A stretch of 64,000 bases of DNA, taken from NCBI GenBank assembly GCA_951813615.1, contig OX638377.1, forward strand, positions 3,434,599 through 3,498,598, in the 5' to 3' direction. Under the pieces are notes generated by a model. That model was not told where the DNA came from. It searched no databases and saw only the letters and a program-made list of their open reading frames with translations. Positions 56,201 through 63,914 of the stretch are shown piece by piece (the first letter of the stretch is position 1; each line of letters begins with the position of its first letter). The position numbers and the translations under genes are program-made. The DNA comes from an uncultured Latescibacterota bacterium. GTDB taxonomy: Bacteria; Latescibacterota; UBA2968; UBA8231.

Positions 56201-58044
56201 CCGGCGCGTATCCCGGCAGGCAGGGTTCCAAAGGAAAGCTCCAAGCTCTCACCGTCGTCGTCTTCGCTGTCGTCGACCGCAGTCACCGTGAAGCTCTGCG
56301 AGGTCTCGCCCCGCGCAAACGTGAGGCGGGTTGTAGACAGAGTGTAGTCGTCGATGGTAGCTCCATCGCCTACAGCGGCGATGATGGGGATAGTCACCGA
56401 GCGGTCGGGGTCCGGATCCAGCTCCACAGTCACCGTCGCCGCCGCTCCGCCCTCGGAGACAGTGAAGGCGTCCACGTCGAACGAAACATCTGCCGATCGA
56501 TCTACCTTGTGACTGGCGTCGGCAGCTACGCCGGGGTAGTCTCGGGATGTCGGGAATGAACCCAGATCGAGGTTGGCCGTGGGGAGTGATCCGCCGAAGC
56601 CCGAGTGTGCCCCTCCCACATCGACGCTGATGCCGTTCGCATCGAAATCAGTAAACTGCACGCGGTAGCGGTACACCAGCCGCTTCGTGCCAGAGCCGGA
56701 TACGTAGTGTGCCGACCGATAGTTGGAGCCGTCGTCTCCGACCCGAATGCCAATGACCGAGTCGTCCGATCCGACAAACGCCTCGGCGGAAAACGTCAGA
56801 GTGACGTCGATGCCCTCGCCGAGCCGGTAGCCATTCCCGTGGGCGGGTCTTGAGGTAATCTCCACATCCGTGACCTGGAGCGATCCGTCCACTTTGTGCT
56901 TGCGGCTGTCCTTCACGCCGGGGAAATAGCGATCTACCGGCAACAAGCCAAAACTGGGGGCAGTTGTGGGGAGTGGTCCGACAAAGCCGGTGTCCGCCCC
57001 CCCCGCATCGACGCTGATGCCGTTGGCGTCGGCATCGCCAATCTGCACTTGGTATCGGTACACCAGCCGATTCGTGCTGGTGCCAGACTGGTAGACTGCC
57101 GTGCGGTAGGTGGGGCCGTCGGCCGCTTCGCCAACTCGAATGCCGATGGTAGACTCGCCATAGAGTGACGAGTACACGTCCGTGTTGAACGTCAAGGCAA
57201 TATCGATGTTCTCACCATACAGATAGGTTTCCCCGTTTACCGGCGTCGATACGATCTCCGTCTTGTACGCACGGTGGGGACTTGCACGCCCCTTGACCCG
57301 TATCCTGAGAACCGCGCTGGGATCGTGATACCATTTGTCGTCAGGTCTCCGAAAGCCCAAGCGATTGGCAAGAGACCATCCCTCTTCGGCCCCCGAATCT
57401 TCACCAAAGCTGTAGGTAACACCGAATTGGGCGACGTTGTCATTTTCACAACCCTCGATACAATCAAGCAGGAAATAGTAGGTCGTATTCGGCTTCAGAT
57501 AGGTATCGGCGGGGGCCAGCCACTCATTTTTCGCAAAGTCGTTCAAGGAACCCGCTCTAATGAGGTCGGCGACCTTGGTGTCACCGTGGTACAGGCCTGC
57601 GAGAATCGTCATGTACCGGCTCTCATGCGTATCTCGCACATACAGCAAGATGCTCGTCAGTTCGTATCCACCCGGATTTGGGCCGGTTGTGAACTCCTGA
57701 TACAGTCCATCCTGGCTCTTACACAGAGTCACCAACTTGTCTGACCCTGAAGATTGATACATGTTCGTCACGAGTGTGGTAATGGGCGGATCATAAAACT
57801 CCTGCGCGGGCGCGGGCACGCCGGAGACAAGCACGCTAGCCGTCGCCAGCAGCACCGCCCCAATCCGCCGTGCGCCGCCTTGAGGTCTGGCCGACACATG
57901 GTCTTGCCGTTGCCATAGCCGAACCCGGTGCCCGATATCCAACCTCCTGAAGCCGCGACGGCTTGTCGCCCGCCGTTGTGAATCCCCTGCCTCCGCATCT
58001 CCCACCACCCGCTTGTCAAGCTTGTCAATCAGCACAGTTGTCAT
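53245..58044 (-). CDS. Array copy C: expanded paralog (duplicated Ig-like passenger module, about five Calx-beta-type domains, autotransporter-type barrel)
   Basis: ATG at 58044 after AGGAG. Two tandem ..EI(V/T)S.P..G..Y..GE.ID(I/V).LTF......IGIRVG......Y.SG..T.RLVYRY.VQ....DANGISVD.GG modules. Clear Calx-beta motifs are present (e.g. VTVDYATVDGTAQAGQDYTAADGTLTFAAGE; DVDYASVSETVAFTPEE). The barrel is near-identical to copies B and D. Confidence 0.75.
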   Translation of the reverse strand: MTTVLIDKLDKRVVGDAEAGDSQRRATSRRGFRRLDIGHRVRLWQRQDHVSARPQGGARRIGAVLLATASVLVSGVPAPAQEFYDPPITTLVTNMYQSSGSDKLVTLCKSQDGLYQEFTTGPNPGGYELTSILLYVRDTHESRYMTILAGLYHGDTKVADLIRAGSLNDFAKNEWLAPADTYLKPNTTYYFLLDCIEGCENDNVAQFGVTYSFGEDSGAEEGWSLANRLGFRRPDDKWYHDPSAVLRIRVKGRASPHRAYKTEIVSTPVNGETYLYGENIDIALTFNTDVYSSLYGESTIGIRVGEAADGPTYRTAVYQSGTSTNRLVYRYQVQIGDADANGISVDAGGADTGFVGPLPTTAPSFGLLPVDRYFPGVKDSRKHKVDGSLQVTDVEITSRPAHGNGYRLGEGIDVTLTFSAEAFVGSDDSVIGIRVGDDGSNYRSAHYVSGSGTKRLVYRYRVQFTDFDANGISVDVGGAHSGFGGSLPTANLDLGSFPTSRDYPGVAADASHKVDRSADVSFDVDAFTVSEGGAAATVTVELDPDPDRSVTIPIIAAVGDGATIDDYTLSTTRLTFARGETSQSFTVTAVDDSEDDDGESLELSFGTLPAGIRAGSQATATVTIADDDGAATGQTVTIRAGRDAYIAVLDDVVFNLTLAEASDQAIVVNVKLTQEQSFLNTDDLMQSVEFPANATAAELRIDASQQNERVIQSGTLTATVIEGAGYHIGAPAAASVRMAVGNPALIARLGQPLYRFDEGATGAAASVEVIMETQRGFPPPNRSHEVTLSTESATAVADVDYASVSETVAFTPEEFSSADGRWVAHKSIEVPLIDDAEDELEELFMVTLARDRSLSDQVQVRDSNRTECGGPCQSRIAIVDNDEVGVAFLDRDGNPLTDLRLEVREGEQVTYQLKLDRRPVEWVVLSWEPDDGDSDLVALGEQSWRFSPDEDATSSDVHHWEEAFPVTVEARQDNDTSSGERRFHHYLSTDGPGREHVELPDVVIVEIDNEVASSLQIVATPQVGVADARAMEEADATLAFTVTLSRAASEAVTVDYATVDGTAQAGQDYTAADGTLTFAAGETQKTVSVAVLDDAHDEGEETLTLTLSNASGVDIADDTATGTIENEDPLQQAWLARFGRTTAQRVLEGVQTRLRAPHQSGIKATVAGYDLSGADEVAQDRFKTQSEWSRDEATGAQFRPQSLTRRDLMTGSGFTLGSETVGGLGTLWGRGTYSGFDGSVNGLALDGGVTTGMFGADYAIGRWVLGLPLSHSRGDGSWHSVDRGEGRMASSLTGLYPYVGYELTERLSLWGTAGYGQGDLGLMMQEGESYHTTMDLTMAAAGVRGDLVSARQAGGLSLTVESDALLVRTTSAAAADPSGLLAAAVADVSRLRLGLEGSLDLALAGGRSLTPTIELGLRHDGGDAETGFGVEVGGGTVFADAARGLMAQVMVRGLVAHETSDFRDWRVSGALRFDSTPSSALGPAVALTPSWGAPSSGGVAALLGRETLVGLAANEAASAGRLDAEAAYGLAVFGGRATGTPYLRVGQSEAFREVRMGYRLELLRWEGLEMGIEGTQRNSTVDNMAPDREVMLHLALSAP

Positions 58045-58101
58045 GACCGGTCTCCTTCTCTTGCGTGTTAGGATGAAAAACTTCCTCTCTGCCAATGCTT
58101 A

Positions 58102-58118
58102 TGCACAAACCGTGCCAA
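58102..58118 (-). promoter_or_regulatory. Sigma54 (-24/-12) promoter of copy C
   Basis: The minus strand reads TTGGCACGGTTTGTGCA, 58 nt upstream of the ATG. Confidence 0.75.
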
Positions 58119-58313
58119 ACCCGTAGCGGATGGACTAAGTCATTTATATAAAGGAAGTTAGGAACATTGATGCGGACGGACGGACCGTTCCCGAAATGAT
58201 GCAGAACGAAACAATTCGAGAGACGCAGAATGAAAAGGAGAGGCGGCTAACTATCTGAAATTGCGTTACTTATGGCGCAGCTTGCGGCATTTGCAGCGGC
58301 GACTGTTTACTAT

Positions 58314-58330
58314 TGCAACAGTTGCAACAG
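58314..58330 (-). promoter_or_regulatory. Palindromic upstream element (candidate enhancer/UAS)
   Basis: TGCAACAGTTGCAACAG, 196 bp upstream of the -24 element. Confidence 0.4.
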
Positions 58331-58389
58331 TCGGTTCGGATGGAGAGGATTGGCCTAGATTGTCGGCCTAGTTGCTGCCTAAGCAGTGT

Positions 58390-58455
58390 ATGAAGAGCCG
58401 TTTGGCTTGCCGTTCGGATGACCATATAAGGGGCCAAGCCAAGCGGGCAGGTAGG
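58390..58455. repeat. About 66-bp copy of the 3' end of the aldo/keto reductase gene (47892-47958) embedded in the D-C intergenic unit
   Basis: atgaagagccgtttggcttgccgttcggatgaccatataaggggccaagccaagcgggcaggtaggt compared with atgaagagccgtttggcttgccgtttggccggccatacaaggggcctggccaagccggcagataggt. Shorter, degenerate versions (..ggcttggtc...ccggctggcaggtaggt) lie at about 49712-49741 and 53113-53142. Confidence 0.8.
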
Positions 58456-58489
58456 TTGATGATATCTTCTGCAGGTTCCAAACTTGCGA

Positions 58490-58524
58490 ACGGGGTCTTC
58501 GTCGATAATGACGAAGACCCCGTC
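58490..58524 (-). terminator. Hairpin terminator of copy D
   Basis: Stem acggggtcttcgtc / gacgaagaccccgt with loop gataat. It lies 35 nt after the stop. Confidence 0.5.
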
Positions 58525-58558
58525 GGGTATGGGCCCATGCACGCCTGCCGCTAGCCCT

Positions 58559-61498
58559 CTATGATGCTGAGAGCGCCAAGTGCAGCATGACCTCGCGGTC
58601 GGGTGCCCTGTTATCGACGGTGCTCTCGCGCTGCATCCCCTCAATACCCATCTCCAACCCTTCCCAGCGCAATAACTCCAGCCGATAGCCCATACGTACC
58701 TCGCGGAAGACCTCAGACTGCCCCACCCGTAGGTAAGGCGTCCCCGTAGCCCGACCGCCGAACACCGCCAGCCCGTAGGCCGCCTCCGCGTCGAGACGAC
58801 CAGCGGACGCGGCTTCGTGCGCCGACAGCCCCACCAGCGTCTCTCGCCCCAACAGCGCCGCCAACCCGCCCGAAGACGGCGCACCCCAGGACGGCGTCAG
58901 CGCCACGGCCGGACCCAGCGCCGAAGACGGCGTCGGATCGAAGCGCAGCGACCCCGAGATCCGCCAGTCCCGAAAGTCCGCAGTCTCGTGCGCTACCAGA
59001 CCACGCACCATCACCTGCGCCATCAGACCCCGCGCCGCATCGGCAAAGACCGTACCGCCGCCTACCTCCACCCCAAAGCCCGTCTCTGCGTCACCGCCGT
59101 CGTGGCGCAGTCCCAACTCGACCGTCGGCGTCAACGACCTGCCGCCGGCAAGCGCAAGCTCCAGAGAACCCTCCATCCCTAGGCGCAGGCGGCTCACATC
59201 CGCCACCGCCGCGGCCAACAGGCCCGACGGATCTGCCGCGGCCGCCGAGGTCGTGCGCACCAACAGTGCATCCGACTCGATCGCCAGCGATAAACCGCCG
59301 GCTTGCCGTACGAGGTCGCCCCGCGCCCCAACGGCAGCCATCGTCAGATCCATATCAGTGTGGTGCGATTCCCCGTCCTTCATCATCAATGCCAGGTCAC
59401 CCTGACCGTAACCCGCCGTACCCCACAACGACAGACGCTCCGCGAGTTCGTAGCCGACGTAGGGATACAGACCCGTCAGCGCCGACGCCATGCGGCCTTG
59501 GCCGCGATCCACCGAATGCCAACTCCCGTCCCCCCTACTGTGAGACAGCGGCAGCCCCAGCACCCAGCGCCCAATCGCGTAATCAGCACCCAACATCCCC
59601 GTCGTCACCCCACCATCGAGCGCTAGCCCGTTAGCACCCCCACCAAAGCCCGAATACGCCCCACGGCCCCAGAGGGTACCAAGGCCGCCGACGGTCTCAC
59701 TACTCATGGTAAACGCACTTCCAGGCACCAGATCACGCATCGTCAACAATTGTGGTCCGAACTGGACCTCAGTCGCCTCGTCGCGGTTCCATTCCGACTG
59801 CGGCTCGAAGCGCTCTTGCACGGCGACCTCGCCTGCACCGCTCAGGTCATAGCCCCCAACGGTAGCCTTAATCCCCGACTCGTGTGGTGCCCTCAGACGC
59901 GCCTGCACGCCGTCGAGCACGCGCTGTGCCACGGTGCGACCAAAGCGCGCCAACCAAGCTTGTTGCAACGGATCTTCGTTCTCGATGATGCCCGTCGCCG
60001 TATTCTCCGCAATACGCGCCCCCGAGGCGTTGCTCAAGGTCAGCGTCAGGGTCTCCTCGCCCTCGTCGTGGGCATCGTCGAGCACCACGACTGAAACCGT
60101 CTTACGCGTCTCGCCGGCTGCGAAGGTGAGCGTTCCGTTCGCGGTCGTGTAGTCTTGGCCCGCCTGGGCGGTGCCATCCGCAGTCGCGTAGTCCACTGTC
60201 ACCGTCTCCGAGGCTGCCCGGTTCAGTATCACTGCGAATTCGAGCGTGGCGTCCGCTGCCTCCGTCGTCCGTGCATCCGCCACGGCCAGCGCCGCCGCCC
60301 TTCCGGCGATGCAGTGGAACGACCCGTCCTCTAGGACGGTGCAGTTGACCGCCCCGTCCACCTTGTGGCCAGGGTCATCGGCCACGCCGGGGTAATAGCG
60401 ATCTACGGGCCACAAGCCCAAACTGGCGACGAGTGTGGGCACCCTCCCAACGAATCCGGTGTCCGGCCCTCCCTCGTCAACGCTGATGCCGTTTGCGTCG
60501 GCATCGTTGAGTTGCACCTCATAGCGGTAGATCAACTGAGTCGTGAAGGAGCCGGACAGGTAGGCTGCCTGGCCAGCGACATCGCCGACCTGAATGCCAA
60601 TGGACGATTCGCCCTGCACGTACACGGGCGTGTTGAACGTCAGGGCGATATCGATGTTTTCACCTGCCACGTAGGTGTCTCCGTTTGCCGGCGTCGATAC
60701 AATCTCGGTCTGGTAGGCGCGGTGGTAACTGGGACGTCCTTTGATCTCTATCTTAAGAATCACAGTAGAGGCCCATTTCCACTCGGGATCGCCCGCGGTC
60801 CGAAAGCCGCAATGATCGTGGATATCCCATCCTTCTTCGGCCCCAGGGTCGTCTTCCCTGATGAAGGTCGAGATGAATTGGGCCATGTTGTCATTGTCGC
60901 AACCTGCCGTGCAATCGAGCAGGAAGTAGTACTCCGTATCCGGCTCCAAATAGGTATTCTCTGGGGCCCACCACTCATTGGCCGCATAGTCGTCCAATTG
61001 GCCTCTGGTGAGCTTGGCGACGCGGGTGAAGCCGGATGATTCATCCCAGAGGTAGATGCCTGCGTCTATCGTCATGTACCGGCTCTTATGCGTGTCGTAC
61101 ACATGCAGCACAATGCTCGTCAATTCATACCCCCCGAGATTGGGGCCAGTTCTGAATCCCTGATTCAGTCCGTTCTGAGACGCATCCAGGGCTACGGCCG
61201 TGTCTGAGAATTGGCCGGTATTCTTCGCCAGCGTTCTGATCGGCGGGTCGTATTCCATCCCACGTGCAGTCACGGCGACGACAAGGGTCGCAGCCACGGC
61301 CAGAAGCACCGCTCCAGTTCGGCGCCAGCCACCCTGGGGTTTGGCCGACACATGATCTTGCCGTTGCCATAGCCGAACCCGGTGCCCAATATCCAACCCC
61401 CTGAGGCCGCGACGGCTCGTCGCCTGCCGTTGTGAGTCCTCTGCCCCAGCATCTGCCACCACCCGCTTGTCAAGCTTGTCAATCAGCGCAGTTATCAT
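58559..61498 (-). CDS. Array copy D: surface protein with long leader, passenger modules, one Calx-beta domain and autotransporter-type beta-barrel
   Basis: ATG at 61498 after AGGAGG. Collinear with copy B over its whole length, with the same Calx-beta and barrel signatures. Confidence 0.75.
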   Translation of the reverse strand: MITALIDKLDKRVVADAGAEDSQRQATSRRGLRGLDIGHRVRLWQRQDHVSAKPQGGWRRTGAVLLAVAATLVVAVTARGMEYDPPIRTLAKNTGQFSDTAVALDASQNGLNQGFRTGPNLGGYELTSIVLHVYDTHKSRYMTIDAGIYLWDESSGFTRVAKLTRGQLDDYAANEWWAPENTYLEPDTEYYFLLDCTAGCDNDNMAQFISTFIREDDPGAEEGWDIHDHCGFRTAGDPEWKWASTVILKIEIKGRPSYHRAYQTEIVSTPANGDTYVAGENIDIALTFNTPVYVQGESSIGIQVGDVAGQAAYLSGSFTTQLIYRYEVQLNDADANGISVDEGGPDTGFVGRVPTLVASLGLWPVDRYYPGVADDPGHKVDGAVNCTVLEDGSFHCIAGRAAALAVADARTTEAADATLEFAVILNRAASETVTVDYATADGTAQAGQDYTTANGTLTFAAGETRKTVSVVVLDDAHDEGEETLTLTLSNASGARIAENTATGIIENEDPLQQAWLARFGRTVAQRVLDGVQARLRAPHESGIKATVGGYDLSGAGEVAVQERFEPQSEWNRDEATEVQFGPQLLTMRDLVPGSAFTMSSETVGGLGTLWGRGAYSGFGGGANGLALDGGVTTGMLGADYAIGRWVLGLPLSHSRGDGSWHSVDRGQGRMASALTGLYPYVGYELAERLSLWGTAGYGQGDLALMMKDGESHHTDMDLTMAAVGARGDLVRQAGGLSLAIESDALLVRTTSAAAADPSGLLAAAVADVSRLRLGMEGSLELALAGGRSLTPTVELGLRHDGGDAETGFGVEVGGGTVFADAARGLMAQVMVRGLVAHETADFRDWRISGSLRFDPTPSSALGPAVALTPSWGAPSSGGLAALLGRETLVGLSAHEAASAGRLDAEAAYGLAVFGGRATGTPYLRVGQSEVFREVRMGYRLELLRWEGLEMGIEGMQRESTVDNRAPDREVMLHLALSAS

Positions 61499-61560
61499 GA
61501 CCGGCCTCCTTCTCTTGCGTTGCCAGCTAGGATGAAAGACTCCCTCTCTGCCAATGCTTA

Positions 61561-61577
61561 TGCACAAACCGTGCCAA
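61561..61577 (-). promoter_or_regulatory. Sigma54 (-24/-12) promoter of copy D
   Basis: The minus strand reads TTGGCACGGTTTGTGCA, 63 nt upstream of the ATG. Confidence 0.75.
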
Positions 61578-61772
61578 ACCCGTAGCGGATGGACTAAGTC
61601 CTTTGTATAAAGGAAGTTAGGAACATTGATGCGGACGGACGGACCGTTCCCGAAATGATGCAGAACGAAACAATTCGAGAGACGTAGAATGAAAAAGAGA
61701 AGCGCCTAACTATCTGAAATCGCGTTAGTTATGGCGCGGGTTGCAGAGTTTACGGTGGCAAATGTTTATTAT

Positions 61773-61789
61773 TGCAACAGTTGCAACAG
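61773..61789 (-). promoter_or_regulatory. Palindromic upstream element (candidate enhancer/UAS)
   Basis: TGCAACAGTTGCAACAG, 196 bp upstream of the -24 element and about 60 bp after the stop of the activator gene. Confidence 0.4.
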
Positions 61790-61850
61790 TCAATTCGGAA
61801 CGGAGCGATATTGGCCTAGAGGTCGGCTTAATTGCTGCCTAGCCAGTTAT

Positions 61851-63755
61851 TCACTCCTCCGCCAACAGATTGTATTTTCTCAACTTCCGGTACAGGGTCA
61901 CGCGATTGATATTCAGCGTTTGGGCGGCCTTGGTGATGTTCCAATCCAAGGCTTCGAGAGCGTGGACAACAGCTCGCCGCTCGGCTTCCTGCAGCGAAAG
62001 GGGGGAGTGGGCAGGATCTTCGGGATCCGTTGGAGACGGAACCAAGACGGAAAGTTGAGGAGGGAGGCTGCTGACTTGCAGTCTGTCCGTGGTTTCCAAC
62101 AGCAGGGCGCGTTCAATGGTATTTCTGAGCTCGCGCACGTTGCCTGGCCAGTCATACGCGAGCAAGGTTTGCAGCGCCGCCGGGGAAATCCCGCGCGTGG
62201 ATTCGTTGGCGCGTTCGGCATAGTCCTGCAGAAAATGGGCTGCCAACAGGGGAACATCCTCGCGGTGTTCTCTGAGCGGTGGGATGACGAGGGGAAAAGC
62301 AGCCAAGCGATAGAACAGGTCCGCGCGAAACCCGCCATCTTTCACCGCGCTTTCCAAGTCCCTGTTGGTCGCCGCAATCACGCGGATGTCAATGGGAATC
62401 GTAGCTGTTCCACCCACCCGCTGGATTTCTCGCTCTTCTAAGACGCGCAACAACTTGGCTTGCAGCGCGAGGGGCATGTCGCCAATTTCGTCGAGCAAAA
62501 CGGTGCCGCCTTGGGCGTGCTCAAACTGCCCGATGCGCCGCGTGGCCGCTCCGGTAAAAGCCCCGCGTTCGTGTCCGAACAACTCGTTTTCGATCAGCGT
62601 CTCGGGAATAGCAGCGCAATTGACCGCGACAAAGGGGCCGCTCTTTCTCGGACTGTTGTAGTGAATCAGCTTAGCGACGAGCTCCTTACCGGTGCCGCTT
62701 TCGCCTTGAACCAGCACTGTAATGTCGCTTTCAGCCGCCCGCTGCATCAAGGCGTACACATGCTGCATGTTTTTGCTTTTGCCCACCATACCGTCAAAGG
62801 CGTACGTCGTTCCGAGTTCGGCGCGCAAGCGCAAGACCTCGGCTTTCATCTGCTCGCTCTCAACCTCTTTGGACACGTCCCGGTACATGACAATATGGCC
62901 CATGTCGTGTACGGGTGCTGTCGAGCGATAAAACAGCCGAGGCGTCGAGTCACCAGCTTCGGTAGCTTCTTCCTCCAAATCTCCCGCGTGGTCCAAAAAC
63001 AACTCGCGCCCCAATTCAGGCAGACCGGGAGGCCGGAGGCGCTCCCCAATGCGTTCAATGAGGTCACTTGGCGATATTTGCTTCAACTCGCTTTCCGTGG
63101 CGTCAAGGAGCTTCTCATACCCCTGATTCGCCACCTGCAAGCGTCCCTCGGCATCGAACATGCCGATGGCATCTCCGGTCGCGTCGAGCACTGCTTGGAG
63201 TCTTTGATTGCTGGATTCCAGTTGCTGATTGCTATCTTCAAGTTCCCGCTGGTGCTTTGCCAATTCCTGTTCAATGTTCCACTTCCCAGTAAGCGAAAGC
63301 GTGATCTGCTGAATCTCCTCGCGCGAAAACGGCTTGCGGATGTAGAGCAATTTGTGCAGCAATTCCATGTCGTTGACGATCTCAGAGAGCGTCTTATCCG
63401 AGTATGCGGTCATGATGACGATCTCGATGTCCTGCTCGAATTGCCGAATCTGGCGCACGGTTTCAATGCCATCAGTACCCGGGGGCATTCTGATGTCAAT
63501 GTAGGCCAACGCAAAGGGACGGTTCGATTCTTGGCCTGCTTTGACCATTGCGCAGGCTTCCTCCCCGCTTGTCGCATGGGAAAGTTCAAACTGCGGCAGA
63601 AAGGATTTATCGCTCTGCGAAACAAACGCCGCCGCCAACTCATCCGTTGCTCTCTTGGTCAAGCCGGAGGTCAGCATCTCTTCAAAGTCGTTGTGAATTT
63701 CCTCTTGGTCATCAACGACCAGCACGCGGTAGTTCCAAGAGTTGTTTGGTTTCAT
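61851..63755 (-). CDS. Sigma54-dependent response regulator (REC - PAS - AAA+ sigma54-interaction - Fis-type HTH)
   Basis: N-terminal receiver domain ([10 protein letters not shown] ... [15 protein letters not shown]). PAS-like [21 protein letters not shown]. Walker [15 protein letters not shown] loop ([13 protein letters not shown]). C-terminal [36 protein letters not shown]. Confidence 0.92.
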   Translation of the reverse strand: MKPNNSWNYRVLVVDDQEEIHNDFEEMLTSGLTKRATDELAAAFVSQSDKSFLPQFELSHATSGEEACAMVKAGQESNRPFALAYIDIRMPPGTDGIETVRQIRQFEQDIEIVIMTAYSDKTLSEIVNDMELLHKLLYIRKPFSREEIQQITLSLTGKWNIEQELAKHQRELEDSNQQLESSNQRLQAVLDATGDAIGMFDAEGRLQVANQGYEKLLDATESELKQISPSDLIERIGERLRPPGLPELGRELFLDHAGDLEEEATEAGDSTPRLFYRSTAPVHDMGHIVMYRDVSKEVESEQMKAEVLRLRAELGTTYAFDGMVGKSKNMQHVYALMQRAAESDITVLVQGESGTGKELVAKLIHYNSPRKSGPFVAVNCAAIPETLIENELFGHERGAFTGAATRRIGQFEHAQGGTVLLDEIGDMPLALQAKLLRVLEEREIQRVGGTATIPIDIRVIAATNRDLESAVKDGGFRADLFYRLAAFPLVIPPLREHREDVPLLAAHFLQDYAERANESTRGISPAALQTLLAYDWPGNVRELRNTIERALLLETTDRLQVSSLPPQLSVLVPSPTDPEDPAHSPLSLQEAERRAVVHALEALDWNITKAAQTLNINRVTLYRKLRKYNLLAEE

Positions 63756-63897
63756 AAAGCCACCTCTATAGGTGATCGATCATAAGAAGCCTTTTTAAAA
63801 CTCTGCTGACACGTCGAGTCGCTTGATCAACAGATGGATCATAGCGAGCGTCGCTATCGAGATACCGTCTTGCTACTTTTGGGTATCACCAGAAACA

Positions 63898-63914
63898 AGC
63901 ACGATCCGTGCCAA
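63898..63914 (-). promoter_or_regulatory. Sigma54 (-24/-12) promoter candidate upstream of the activator gene
   Basis: The minus strand reads TTGGCACGGATCGTGCT, with correct GG-N10-GC spacing and the same TTGGCACGG -24 half as the four array promoters. It lies about 143 nt upstream of the ATG at 63755. Confidence 0.55.
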
